A stretch of 62,412 nucleotides of DNA, filler included, from Deltaproteobacteria bacterium (GCA_030698575.1; 8 parts of 8 records of this genome joined end to end with filler, not necessarily neighbours in it); one strand, 5' to 3'; counted from the whole stretch's first letter, positions 1 to 10,371 are shown. The notes: a model not told the origin generated them from the letters alone. Translations and numbers: made by a program.

Positions 1-686
1 CGCCCGGCAAGGGGCGGTGGTTTGAGCGGTTCCACAAGCAGCAGGGCTATCTCTTGGCCGACTGCAAGGTAAGCTTCGTCGCGACCTGGCGCGAGTGAGC
101 GATCCAAAACCTGCGGATGGCGAATTCCAAATGTTCATTGAAAACCCGCGCTTCGACGAACTTGCTCGCGGCACAGTGTGGAAACCGGCTCGCCTCACCA
201 GGGGAATGTCGGTATCGAAAGCGCCGAAGGTCTCCGTTAGGAGGCCGCATGGGAGGCCAGCCTACAATCAAGTAGGCCGATAAATGCCGGGCGCGCATTC
301 AACAAATAAAATAAGTCATGCCTGACACCGAATAAGTCGCGCCTGAGGCCCTCTAGTGTAAGTATGAACAGGTTCACTGCTGGGCGAAACCCTCTACATT
401 CCCTTCGACAAGCCAACCTGCTTCCGAAGCAGTGGACGCCACCGGCCCAGTGTTCGTGAGACCTTCGACCGGGTCGCACTCTCCATTCAGTTTCTTGGGA
501 GAACGACTTGTCGGGCGACCGGCGGTAAGACCCGCTGTCGCATTGCGCTGCACGGGCCGGATCGCGCTCCCCGCAAGAATCGCGCGTCGAGACCGGGACG
601 AGCTTCGCAGCCGGGAGCGGGTGTTCGGCTTGGCCCGAGAAATCGGGCAAACCGGCGGGGTTTTTCGCCGGAAAAGGAGTCCCCAG

Positions 687-1421
687 ATGAGAACGCTGCC
701 AGTAAAATCGATGCTTGCCGTTGCGGTTTCCCTGCTGCTGCTTTTCGCGTCCAGCGCGGAGGCGATGAGCCGGCGTCACCACAACACGCAGGTGCTAAAC
801 CAGGAATACCTGAATCTCAACTATGCGAGCCAGTCGCAGCTCGAGACGCTTCTCAATATGGACCGCGGTTTGGCGCGGCGCATCATAAACAACCGCCCCT
901 ACCATTCCATGGAAGACCTTTCACGGGCAGGCGTGTCGCAGCGAACGATCAACGGACTGTACAACGTGGCCTACGTGTCTAATCCGCGATACGGGTCCCA
1001 GGGCCACGATCACCGATATTCGGAGTATCAGAATCCGGGGTGGTGGAGCAGTCGTGTCTGGACCGATCCTCACCGCATGCTCTACTACCGGAAAGGTTCG
1101 TCCCCGTTCGGCCAGACGAGGGGAGGAACCTACATGAGTGAGAAACATGCGCTTAAAAACGGCTTCCACCTCGCCTCCAACTGGAACAACGGAAAGTTCG
1201 TGAACGGGAATTCCAATCACGACAAGAACGGAAACAAGTGGAACAAGAATTCCGACCACAAGAGGCACGGCAATGTCGGTAAATGGGATGCCGATCACCG
1301 CGACCACCGGAATACGGGGAACTGGGATGCCGATCACCGCGGCGACGACGACAAGGAGAACCATGATTCCGATCGCCACGGCGACGGAAAAAAGGACAGC
1401 AAGTATTCCGATCGTCACTAA
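687..1421 (+). CDS. Secreted ComEA-like helix-hairpin-helix protein with His/Asp/Lys-rich tail
   Basis: ATG at 687 after AAAGGAG; signal peptide (LAVAVSLLLLFASSAEA); HhH segment LNLNYASQSQLETLLNMDRGLARRIINNRPY; low-complexity C-terminus. Confidence 0.7.
   Translation: MRTLPVKSMLAVAVSLLLLFASSAEAMSRRHHNTQVLNQEYLNLNYASQSQLETLLNMDRGLARRIINNRPYHSMEDLSRAGVSQRTINGLYNVAYVSNPRYGSQGHDHRYSEYQNPGWWSSRVWTDPHRMLYYRKGSSPFGQTRGGTYMSEKHALKNGFHLASNWNNGKFVNGNSNHDKNGNKWNKNSDHKRHGNVGKWDADHRDHRNTGNWDADHRGDDDKENHDSDRHGDGKKDSKYSDRH
1284..1341 (+). repeat. 19-bp direct repeat x2 (TGGGATGCCGATCACCGCG), period 39, encoding WDADHR twice
   Basis: Copies at 1284-1302 and 1323-1341. Confidence 0.9.
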
Positions 1422-1553
1422 TGAAACAGGGGGATCCGCGGCGAACTGTGAGGTGCTTTGCGGCTGCTTCTCGGCTGCTTCTCGAAAATGTTGGAAGTCC
1501 CTGGCCGACCCAGGGTGGATGGCATTCCCGACGCTATTGCTGGAGGTAACCCC

Positions 1554-3227
1554 ATGAAGCAGCGAGCCAACACTTTCCACCTCCTCAAGATTGCGGCGGG
1601 CCTGCTGATCCTGGTTGCCATTGTGACCGTTCTGGCCAGCTATTTCGATGAAGCTGAAGCGGGGGCCTCGCGCATCGCGTCTTCCCAGGGAGAGACGTTC
1701 GTTCGAAGCGGTGGCCAGCAAGAGTGGGGGTACGCAGCCACAAACACCGTTCTCGAGGACGGGGATCAGGTCCTCACCGGCTCCGACGGGCAGCTATCGG
1801 TCGAATTCCCGGGCGGCGTGTTCCTTGACCTGCAACCCCGCAGCCAAGCTCGGATCTCTTCAATCGTGCCAGGCCCGCAGCTGCGTCTTGACTACGGAAC
1901 GTTCAACGTCGTTCTTCTGCAGGATCGTCCAGATCGCGATCAGGTGCGGGTCGATTGGGCCCGCGGCGGCGTCGACTTGAACCAGAGCGGAAGCTACCGT
2001 GTGGACGTCCATCGCGACGGTCTTGCGAGAATCTCTGTCCTTCGAGGAGACGCAAGCGTTCGATCGGCCGACCGACGGAATTTTCTTTCGAGCGGCCAGG
2101 ATCTCTATGTGAATCCGGATGGGTCCTTCACCCCCGAAGGGAGCTATTTGGAGAACAATTACGACGACTTTGATCGGGGCATCCTGAACCGGTACTTCGG
2201 CTCCTCGGCCGCTTCGCTTTCCCGATACCTGCCTTCGTTCATGGTCGGCGCGCTCGATCTGGCTCGCTCAGGCGACTGGGTCCGGGTACCCGGCTGGCAG
2301 GACTATGGCTGGCGTCCCCGGAATGTTGCGCCGGACTGGCGGCCCTACTCCAACGGACGCTGGGTCTACACCGGCCAAGGATGGACCTGGGTACCGGACG
2401 AGTCCTGGGGCTACGCTCCGTCCCACTATGGCCGTTGGGATTCCGTTCCCGGCATGGGATGGGTCTGGCAGCCGGGAAAGAAGTACCGTCCCGCATGGGT
2501 TCGATGGACTCACGAAGGCGATTACGTGGGATGGGCACCCATCGGCCCGAACGATCGCTTGGTTCGGTTCCGACGAGGCGACAAGGACGAATCCTTCATT
2601 TTCAGTCGGCGCGACGACCTGAGGGACGGCAAGTGGATCAAAGCTCACTTGCTAAAGGCGAAGCACCGCAAGTTTGTCGTCTATGAGAATCCGGACCGTT
2701 TCGTGAAGCCCAGCCGTCTTGCGAAGATGAAGGGGACGGAGACGAGGAAGGGGAGGATGGAGTCTGCGGCGAACGCCGCGAAAAAAGCTGAAGAGGCGGC
2801 GCGGAAGGGGGAGGCCCGGGAAGAGGAGCGGGCTCGCCATGAAGCCACGGCGCGAAGGGCGAAGCATAAGACGCCCGCTCAGAAGGCCGGCAAGCAGGAA
2901 AAGGCCTCGACAAGGAATGAAAAGGCGGTGCGCGGCGATGGAGGGGCTGACGGCAAGAAGGGGTCCACGACCAAGGCCGGCAAGCATGGCGAATCCTCCG
3001 CGGGCGACAAAGGAGCTGCCGATCATGAAGGAAAGTCCCCGAACAAGCCGACTCACAAAGCAGCCAAGCCGGAGCATTCCAAGGATGTGACGGAGAACGC
3101 TTCCTCCGAGCAGAAGACGGAGGGTGAGAAGATAGAGAACGTAGAGAAAGAGAAAAAGAACGGGAAGGGGAACGGGAACGGGAACGGGAAAGAAAAAGAG
3201 AAGAGCGCCACCCACGGGAAGAAATGA
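1554..3227 (+). CDS. FecR-like / DUF6600 domain exported protein with Lys/Glu-rich tail
   Basis: ATG 1554 after GGAGG; N-terminal hydrophobic anchor; FecR-like LEDGDQVLTGSDG; Trp-rich WRPYSNGRWVYTGQGWTWVPDESWGYAPSHYGRW. Confidence 0.8.
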   Translation: MKQRANTFHLLKIAAGLLILVAIVTVLASYFDEAEAGASRIASSQGETFVRSGGQQEWGYAATNTVLEDGDQVLTGSDGQLSVEFPGGVFLDLQPRSQARISSIVPGPQLRLDYGTFNVVLLQDRPDRDQVRVDWARGGVDLNQSGSYRVDVHRDGLARISVLRGDASVRSADRRNFLSSGQDLYVNPDGSFTPEGSYLENNYDDFDRGILNRYFGSSAASLSRYLPSFMVGALDLARSGDWVRVPGWQDYGWRPRNVAPDWRPYSNGRWVYTGQGWTWVPDESWGYAPSHYGRWDSVPGMGWVWQPGKKYRPAWVRWTHEGDYVGWAPIGPNDRLVRFRRGDKDESFIFSRRDDLRDGKWIKAHLLKAKHRKFVVYENPDRFVKPSRLAKMKGTETRKGRMESAANAAKKAEEAARKGEAREEERARHEATARRAKHKTPAQKAGKQEKASTRNEKAVRGDGGADGKKGSTTKAGKHGESSAGDKGAADHEGKSPNKPTHKAAKPEHSKDVTENASSEQKTEGEKIENVEKEKKNGKGNGNGNGKEKEKSATHGKK

Positions 3228-3411
3228 TAGACACGTAGGCTTTTGCCTGCTCCAGTACACCAACTGACAGGCGTGTCCGGACCGGACACGCAGGCGTAAC
3301 GGAGACCAAATGAAGGGGGACCTGGCGCGTTTCCAGGTTCCTCTTTTTCGTTGGACACGGTTCGACGGGAAGTCCATGCAGCCTCCAAGTCGAAGCCCAT
3401 GCTGGGCAGAC

Positions 3412-3444
3412 CAAAGGAAAGCCCGCCTCCTGGGAGGCGGGCTT
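3412..3444 (-). terminator. Intrinsic terminator between convergent genes (T-rich tail on - strand, after the AOR gene)
   Basis: Stem AAGCCCGCCTC/GAGGCGGGCTT at 3419-3444, followed on - strand by TCCTTTG. Confidence 0.75.
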
Positions 3445-3471
3445 CGAATGACACGCAGGACTGGAAGCGCG

Positions 3472-5466
3472 TTACCCCACGAGCTGCGTGAGTCCCAGTT
3501 CCTGGAGCTTCTCGGGCCGGACGACGCCGGTCTCGTAGTCCCATCCCATGGCCTGGTAGTAGTCCTTCACCAGACGCATCTGATCGACCTCGACGCCGGC
3601 CAGGGGACCACTCCGGAGTTTGTGCTCTCCCTCGCCGGTCATTCGGGGGTGGGGCTTGAACTCGGAGGGCTTGAGCCCTTCGCGCGTGTTGAACTGGTGG
3701 CGCATCGTCTGGATGCGCTCACCGGTCATCAGCAGCTCCTTCTCATCCACGCCCCAGCCCGTGAGCGCATTGGTCAGCTCGACGTAGGGAATGCCGCCCA
3801 CCAAACTCGAGAAGAGGCAGATGCCCATTCCGTTCATCATCTGGTGCGCATTCGACCACCAGCGCTGCCCCTCGCCCTTCCCCTCGTAGGAGCGCCAGCC
3901 GTACTTCGGGAGGTTGATGCTCTTGAAGGGGAACTGGAGGTTGAAGGTCTCGTGCCAGGCGAGGCTCCCGGTCGTGTGCCGCCCCGGGGTGGGGTCCGCG
4001 ACCATGTTCGTCCCCATGCTGGGCGAGAACTTGGGATCGTGGTAGGGGATCTCCTGGCCGTGGATCAGCACGGCGTAGGGCTCGCTGCCGGGAATGAGTT
4101 CGGTGGCGCGCTTCGTGCCGCTCCCGAAGAGCTTGCCGAAGTTCCCTTCCATCATGGCCATCCGGCGGGTGGCTTCCACGATGGCCTGGGCGTTGCCCCA
4201 CCTGAGATCGATCCCGTCGGTCTGCTCCTTCGTGATGATGCCCCGCTCGTACAGCTCCGCGGCGAACCCGATGGTGGCCGGCGTGCTCACTGCGTCGAGC
4301 CCGTACTGGTTGCAGTAGTTGTGGGCGGCCACAATCGACTCGAGGTTGTCGTTCAGGAGCGCGGCGCCGAAGCCGCAGAGGGTCTCGTAGTCGGGCCTTC
4401 GAACGCGTGAGACCGCGTAGGGACCCTCCTTCACCGAGACGATCCCCTTGCAGACCAGCGGGCAGTCGCCGCAGGTGAGGTACTCGTCGCGGAGCTTCGA
4501 GACTTCCTTGTCGGAGATCTTCGACGACTTGGTGGCCATCGGGAACTCGACCGAGCCCGCCGCCTGCCAGTTCTTCACGGGCGCGTCGCCGTTCTCGACC
4601 GAGATCGAGACAGCCGACGTGGTCCCCATTTCGTGCCAGGTCTTGAGCATGGCCTTCGTGTCGAGCATGATCTTGATTCGGAACTTGGTGAAGAACCGGT
4701 AGAGCCAGGACATGCGTGAGTCGGCGGTCGAGATGGCGGCCATGATGCGCACCCGCAGGCTCTTCTGCGCGTAGAAAGGCTTGTTGATCTCCTTCACCAG
4801 CTTCTTGAACTTCTCCGGATCCGCGATCGGAATGCTGCCCGTGCCGCGCGCAACCACGGCTTTCAGGTTCTTGGATCCCCACACCGCGCCGAAGCCCTGG
4901 CGCCCCCAGGCGTGGTAACGATCGACGATCACGCAGGAGATGAGCTGCTGCTTCTCGCCGGCAGGGCCAATGCAGGCGAGATGGGGCTTGCGCCTGCCGC
5001 CGATCTCCTGCACCAGCGCGTCGTAGGTCTCGTAGGTGTCCTTGCCCCAGAGGCCGGCGGCGTCGCGAATCTCGACGCGGCCGTCATCGATGAAGATGTA
5101 AACAGGCTTGTCGCTTTTCCCTCGGATGAAGACGCCGTCGTAGCCCGCCTTTTTGAGCTGCGAGCCCAGAAGCCCGCCGGAATTCGAGTCGGCCCATGTG
5201 CCCGTGAGCGGCGACTTGGAGACGACCTGCGTCCGGCCGCTGAAGGGGGTTTCAACGCCGGTCATGATCCCGGCGACGATGCCCACGATGTTGTCCGGCC
5301 CGAGCGGATCGGCGCCCGCCGGCATGTGCTCGTACAGCACGCGCACGCCGAGACCGTAGCCGCCGAGGAATTGCCGATAGACCTCTTCCGGAATGTCCTG
5401 CGTCCAGTGCTTCTTCTCACCGAGATCGACCCAGAGAATCCTTCCCGCAACGCCGTTGTAAGCCAT
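3472..5466 (-). CDS. aor: Aldehyde ferredoxin oxidoreductase family (tungstopterin) enzyme
   Basis: GRILWVDL, ADPLGPDN, KSPLTG, CIGPAGE, GRQGFGAVWGSKNLKA, CGDCPLVC, DYETL, CNQYGLD motifs; GGAGG before ATG 5466. Confidence 0.92.
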   Translation of the reverse strand: MAYNGVAGRILWVDLGEKKHWTQDIPEEVYRQFLGGYGLGVRVLYEHMPAGADPLGPDNIVGIVAGIMTGVETPFSGRTQVVSKSPLTGTWADSNSGGLLGSQLKKAGYDGVFIRGKSDKPVYIFIDDGRVEIRDAAGLWGKDTYETYDALVQEIGGRRKPHLACIGPAGEKQQLISCVIVDRYHAWGRQGFGAVWGSKNLKAVVARGTGSIPIADPEKFKKLVKEINKPFYAQKSLRVRIMAAISTADSRMSWLYRFFTKFRIKIMLDTKAMLKTWHEMGTTSAVSISVENGDAPVKNWQAAGSVEFPMATKSSKISDKEVSKLRDEYLTCGDCPLVCKGIVSVKEGPYAVSRVRRPDYETLCGFGAALLNDNLESIVAAHNYCNQYGLDAVSTPATIGFAAELYERGIITKEQTDGIDLRWGNAQAIVEATRRMAMMEGNFGKLFGSGTKRATELIPGSEPYAVLIHGQEIPYHDPKFSPSMGTNMVADPTPGRHTTGSLAWHETFNLQFPFKSINLPKYGWRSYEGKGEGQRWWSNAHQMMNGMGICLFSSLVGGIPYVELTNALTGWGVDEKELLMTGERIQTMRHQFNTREGLKPSEFKPHPRMTGEGEHKLRSGPLAGVEVDQMRLVKDYYQAMGWDYETGVVRPEKLQELGLTQLVG

Positions 5467-5668
5467 GTCCTCCACTCCTCCGTCAGTGCCGGACTACCGC
5501 CGAGTAGCCCTGAATCCCGCACCCGCCACGGGGGCCGAGCCAGGGCCCCCTGCGGACGCATCCAGCGAAAACCCGCCCCCTACGAGGCGGGTTTCCGTTC
5601 ACCTCCGGTCCTCTCCCGGACGCTCGGCGCGACGCGGCGCCGGGAGGCCCTTTCCCCGCAGCGAGCCC

Positions 5669-5786
5669 CTAGCAGGCTGCTGAAAAATGGTGTTGAAGCA
5701 CGGATTTCATCCTCCCGCGAGTGGTGAACACCTTGGCGAGAGTCGGATGAACTGGAGCTGATGTCGTGTTTTTCGGTCCTCTCGGT
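5669..5786. mobile_element. Probable IS terminal inverted repeat (IS5/IS1182-like) at contig end
   Basis: CTAG followed by CAGGCTGCTGAAAAA at 5673-5687, about 100 bp from an assembly break; no transposase visible. Confidence 0.5.
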
Positions 5787-5886
5787 NNNNNNNNNNNNNN
5801 NNNNNNNNNNNNNNNNNNNNNNNNNNNNNNTTAATTAATTAANNNNNNNNNNNNNNNNNNNNNNNNNNNNNNNNNNNNNNNNNNNN
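5787..5886. other. Artificial contig linker
   Basis: N44-TTAATTAATTAA-N44 (stops in all frames). Confidence 0.98.
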
Positions 5887-6805
5887 CGGGCACTTCGGTC
5901 CGATCGCGAAGCGTGACGCAGGGAATTCCAAGGACGGCGCTCTCCTGCTGCACGCCACCCGAGTCGGTCATCACCAGCGCGGCGTTCTTCAGCAAATCGA
6001 CGAAGTCGAGGTAACCGAGTGGCGGCGAGATCCGGACGCCGGCGGGCAGCGCAAGCTGGCGGCTCCCGAGGCGCGCGCGGGTTCGCGGATGAACGGGAAA
6101 GAGAACGGGCATCCGCCGGGCGATCATCGCCGCCGCTTTCAGGATCTCGTTCAGCGCAGGCCCCCGATCGACGTTCCCCGCGCGGTGCGCGGTCAGGAGC
6201 GCATAGGCCCCCGGCCGGAGGGCGTGTCGCCGGGGTGTCGCCCGGTCGGTCTTCGGGAGAAAGCGTTGCAGGGTGTCGACCATGACGTTTCCGGTAAAGA
6301 AGATTCGCCGCTGATCGATCCCCTCATGTTCCAGGTTGCGTCCCGCCGCCTCCTCCGTCGTGAAAAGAAGATCGGACGCATGGTCCGCGAGAATCCGGTT
6401 CACCTCCTCCGGCATCGTGCGGTCGAAAGCCCGGAGCCCGGCCTCCACGTGCGCGAGCGGAATTCCACAGACGCGGGCGGCGAGAGCAGCGGCCGCGGTC
6501 GAGGTGACGTCGCCGACCACGACGACCAGCGCGGGAGTTCGGCGTTCAAACTCGGTTCGCAACGCCTCGAAGAGACGCGCCGGCAGGAAAGCCGGAGGCG
6601 AAGCACCCGCGTCGAGAACGCGGTCGGGCGCCGGAAGTTCGAGATCGGCCAGGATGCGATCGCACATCTCCTCCCCCCGGTGCTGGCCGGTCAGCAGCAT
6701 CCGGACTTCGAGGCCACCGTGGTCGAGAAGTGCCGTTCGGAGGGCCGCGAGCTTCATGAAATTCGGCCGGGCGCCGGCCACCAGGAGGACGACCGGGTTA
6801 GCCAC
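5887..6805 (-). CDS. wecB: UDP-N-acetylglucosamine 2-epimerase (non-hydrolysing), 3' truncated
   Basis: GARPNFMK, VVGDVTST, HVEAGLR, MPEEVNR, TDSGGVQQE; GTG start overlapping the upstream stop. Confidence 0.9.
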
Positions 6806-8126
6806 GGCACACCTCATCAAGCAGCGAGGCGAAACGGCGCGATGCAGCCTGCCGGGTGTAGGGCGCCGCGGCCTGGGCATCGGCTCCCCGAAGGGGCCTT
6901 CCCGCGCGCTTCGAACCCGCCAGCGAGGTGAGCGCGCGGCAAACGTCTTCGGTGTCACCGGGCGCTACGACGCAACCAGCCCCGGTCTTTCGCACGAGAT
7001 CCGCAGCCTCTCCTTCCGGCACGACAGCCAGCACGGGACGCCCCGCGCCGAGGTACTGGAAGATCTTTCCCGTGAGGATCCCTTCTCCATGCTTTCGATC
7101 ACTCAGCGTGAGGAGCAGCGCATCGGCGCTTCGCTGCAGCGCGCAGGCGGTGCGCAAAGGCAGGTAGCCGACAGTGCGAACGAGCGCGGACACGCCGGCG
7201 CGCGCGGCGCATCTTGCCACCGCGGCCTGCTCCGTGCCGGCGAAGACCGCTTCGATCTCCGGCAGCCCCTGCCGCCTCGACTTCCCCGCATAGGCGCGCA
7301 GAGCGGCAAGGAAGGTCTCCGGCGTTCGCCCGTCGAGCCACCCCCCCGTGTAGACGATCCGAAGCTTCCCGGGGATCGGCGCGAGATCGGACGGCAGTGA
7401 TCCCTTTACGAAGTCTTCCGGGTCGAATCCGTTCTGGATGACGCGCACGTCTTCGGGGCGCAGCAAAGGGTGATCCTGCAGCAGCCCGTTCCGGATTCCC
7501 TGCGACACGGTCACGATCCGTCGCGCGGCGCCGGCGATGCCGGCCTCGAGCCGCCGTTCGATACGCCCGCGCCGGCCTTCTCCCCGACGGAAGGAGGGAT
7601 TGCGCGTCCAGGCGTCTCTGAAGTCGGCCACGAAGGGCACGCCGGTCTTCGCGGCGATGGCGCGCCCGACGAGATGGGCGGTGTGCGGCGGGGAGGTCGA
7701 GACGACCGCCTCGATGGCGCGCTCGCGGACGAGGCGCGCGCCCAGGCGGACGGCGAATGGATACCAGCCGATGAACTCGTCGGGAATGTACAGGCCCTTG
7801 CGCAGCAATTCCTTCATGCCTTCAAGGACTCCGCCTCCCTCGCCCGCCGAACGGTCCTGAGTGACGGCTGCCCCGCCGGTCCCCTGGCGCCGGAAGCTAC
7901 CCCAGAGGCGCCCGGGAATGATGATCGGGGCCCGGTGCACGGTGACGGCGGGCGGCAGTTCGGCGAGTGGGCTCTCGTCGACAGCGCTCCAGATGCCCCC
8001 CCGGACCGTCAGCACGTCCACCGCCCAGCCGGACGCGGGGAGGTACCGCGCCAGTTTCAGCGGGCGGCCAGCGCCGCCGCCCCCCAGCGGGGGGAAGTAG
8101 TAGGCGACCAGGAGCACGCGCCTCAT
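6798..8126 (-). CDS. Glycosyltransferase family 4
   Basis: RVLLVAYYFPPLGGGG, STSPP, ADFRDAW, NGFD, KIFQYLGAGRPVL. Confidence 0.88.
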   Translation of the reverse strand: MRRVLLVAYYFPPLGGGGAGRPLKLARYLPASGWAVDVLTVRGGIWSAVDESPLAELPPAVTVHRAPIIIPGRLWGSFRRQGTGGAAVTQDRSAGEGGGVLEGMKELLRKGLYIPDEFIGWYPFAVRLGARLVRERAIEAVVSTSPPHTAHLVGRAIAAKTGVPFVADFRDAWTRNPSFRRGEGRRGRIERRLEAGIAGAARRIVTVSQGIRNGLLQDHPLLRPEDVRVIQNGFDPEDFVKGSLPSDLAPIPGKLRIVYTGGWLDGRTPETFLAALRAYAGKSRRQGLPEIEAVFAGTEQAAVARCAARAGVSALVRTVGYLPLRTACALQRSADALLLTLSDRKHGEGILTGKIFQYLGAGRPVLAVVPEGEAADLVRKTGAGCVVAPGDTEDVCRALTSLAGSKRAGRPLRGADAQAAAPYTRQAASRRFASLLDEVCRG

Positions 8127-9196
8127 CGGCTTCCCCTCCCCTCCACGGCATTCTCGAGAATTTCCGCAAGTCGCCGGATTCCCACGCCGAAATCCGCCCG
8201 GTCCCGGATGATCGCGGGGTTCTCCGTCCGCGCCTTTTCCCGGAGGGCCCCCTCGTGGAGGCCGCTCGCGATGGCTTCCGCCAGGGCGTCCGGCGAGCCC
8301 GGCCGGTAGAGCAGGCCGTTCTCGGCGTGCCGGATCCATTCGCGGTTGGCCGGGATGTCGGGAGCGATGGGAAGCAGCCCCGTGGCCATCGCCTCGAGGA
8401 GCGAGAGAGACGCGCCGTCGGTGGGCGAGGTGCTCACGTAGAGATCCGCCTCTCGCAGCGCGCCTGCCACGCCGTCCTCATCGAGCGACCCGGTGAACGC
8501 GACCTCATCTTCGAGCTGCAGCGACCAGGCGAGCTGCGCAAGGGGCTCCGCCTCGGCGCCCTCGCCGGCGATGACGGTTCGCAAGCGGTTGCCGCAGGCC
8601 ATGCGTGAAAGCGCCATGAGCAGAAGCTCGACCCGGTAGAGCGGCTCCAGGCTTCGCGTGCTGATGATCTTCAGCGTTTCGTCCCCCCGTCGCGGCGCCA
8701 AGCGCGGATGAAAGCGCCGGCAGTCGACGCCGTACTGGAAAGTCGCGATCCGCCCGGCCTCCGCTCCCAGCAGGAAGAGCGCCTCGGTGACGTGGGGAGC
8801 GGGCGAGGTGAAGCCGTCCATGCGCCGCGCCACAAAACGCATCACGGCGCGGTTGTAGCGCGTCCGCCGCGCCAGGAGGACGTCGGAGCCGTGGACTGTC
8901 AGAATTTTCGGAACCGGCCCGGCCAGCGCCGCGAGAAGGCCGTACACCGATATGTAGTGCGCGTGAAGCACGTCGATGCGGCGATCGCGGATGAGAGACC
9001 TGAGCCGCCGGACCTTCCGCATGAACCTGAGAAAGGGGACGCTTCCGGACCCATCGGCGAGATCGATCACTTCAATTCCGGGCAGCAGTGCGGGGGCGAA
9101 GGTCACGAAGGTGATTTCGTGCCCGCGCGCCGCGAGCGCGCCTGCAATTCGCTGCTGATGAATGCTTCGCGCTTCCCCCAGAACGAGCACGTTCAC
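8123..9196 (-). CDS. Glycosyltransferase family 4
   Basis: DVLHAHY, TVHGSD, DGASLSLLEAMATG. Confidence 0.88.
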   Translation of the reverse strand: MNVLVLGEARSIHQQRIAGALAARGHEITFVTFAPALLPGIEVIDLADGSGSVPFLRFMRKVRRLRSLIRDRRIDVLHAHYISVYGLLAALAGPVPKILTVHGSDVLLARRTRYNRAVMRFVARRMDGFTSPAPHVTEALFLLGAEAGRIATFQYGVDCRRFHPRLAPRRGDETLKIISTRSLEPLYRVELLLMALSRMACGNRLRTVIAGEGAEAEPLAQLAWSLQLEDEVAFTGSLDEDGVAGALREADLYVSTSPTDGASLSLLEAMATGLLPIAPDIPANREWIRHAENGLLYRPGSPDALAEAIASGLHEGALREKARTENPAIIRDRADFGVGIRRLAEILENAVEGRGSR

Positions 9197-10371
9197 GGCA
9201 GGCCTCCATTTCCAAGAAGCTGCGCGTAGAGCGCCTCGTGACGCGCCACCATCGCCTGGATGCCGTGATTGAGCTCGACTTTCTTCCGGGCCTCCTCTCC
9301 CAGCCGCTTGCGTAGATCGTCGTCGAGGAGAAGCTGCAGGACCGCCTCCGCGAAGGGGGCCGGATCGAGGGACTCCACGCGCGGCGCCCAGAACACCGGG
9401 GCCGGCAGGAGCCCCGAGACTCCGGCATCGACCACCTCGGGAAAGGCGCCCACGCGCGGGGCGACCACCGCCTTGCCGCAGGCCATGGCCTCGAGCAGCG
9501 TGAGGGGAAGGCCCTCGTAACGTGAAGTTGCGAGAAAGACGTCGAATGCCGTCATGGCTGCGGCCGGCTCCTGGAAGCCGGTGAACACAACCCGGTGCGC
9601 CAACCCGAGGGACGCCGAGAGGCGCTCGAGGGGAACGCGCGCGGGACCGTCGCCCACGATGACGAAGCGCGCCGCCGGAACCCGAACCGCCACGCCGGCG
9701 GCGGCATGCAGGTACAGATCAATCCCTTTCTGATGCGTGAGCCGGCCGAGCGTGCCGACGACGGGCGCTTCCGCAGAAATGCCCCACTCGTCCCGGAGTG
9801 CGCGCGCCCTTCCACGGAGATCCACCGAGGCGGGATCGAAGCGGTTGAAATCGACGCCGTTCGGGATCGTGGTGATGCGTCGGGGCGGGCACCCCTCTTC
9901 CCGGACGAGGTGGCCCGCTACCGTCGATGAAACCGCGACGACCCGGTGCGCGAGATGCGACGACAGAAAGCAGCGGCGGCGCATGCCGGCGTTCAGATCT
10001 GGATAGGTGAGATGACGGGTGTACACGCGGGCCGGCACGCGCGCGAGCGCCCCATGGATCATGGCCCAGACATCCGCCGGCCTGTTGTGCGCGTGGATCA
10101 CCGCCGGCCGGAGGCTCGCCAGGAGTCTGTGCAGGGCGCGGGCGGCCGGGATATCCCTGAGCCCGTCCATCGCGATCTGATGCATTGGCACGCCGGCGTC
10201 GTTCAGAGCTGCGCCCAGCGCGGGATCGATTCCGTCCGGACCGGAACGAAGAGCGAGCAGATGGGGCTCCCAGCGGCTCGAGGCGAGGCGCGCGAGGTCA
10301 ACAGCGACCGTCTCCGCCCCGCCCACCCGTGCGAGGGTGTTCACAATCTGGAGAACGCGGATCGGGCTCAT
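9193..10371 (-). CDS. Glycosyltransferase family 4
   Basis: VGGAE, IPNGVD, GRLTHQKG, EGLPLTLLEAMACG. Confidence 0.9.
   Translation of the reverse strand: MSPIRVLQIVNTLARVGGAETVAVDLARLASSRWEPHLLALRSGPDGIDPALGAALNDAGVPMHQIAMDGLRDIPAARALHRLLASLRPAVIHAHNRPADVWAMIHGALARVPARVYTRHLTYPDLNAGMRRRCFLSSHLAHRVVAVSSTVAGHLVREEGCPPRRITTIPNGVDFNRFDPASVDLRGRARALRDEWGISAEAPVVGTLGRLTHQKGIDLYLHAAAGVAVRVPAARFVIVGDGPARVPLERLSASLGLAHRVVFTGFQEPAAAMTAFDVFLATSRYEGLPLTLLEAMACGKAVVAPRVGAFPEVVDAGVSGLLPAPVFWAPRVESLDPAPFAEAVLQLLLDDDLRKRLGEEARKKVELNHGIQAMVARHEALYAQLLGNGGLP

Noticed and set aside
95-283. Short + strand ORF at window start
   Set aside because: Possibly the 3' end of an upstream gene but no recognisable motif
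3159-3190. (GGGAAC)n microsatellite as a phase-variation tract
   Set aside because: In-frame hexamer coding GN repeats in a disordered tail; slippage would not switch expression
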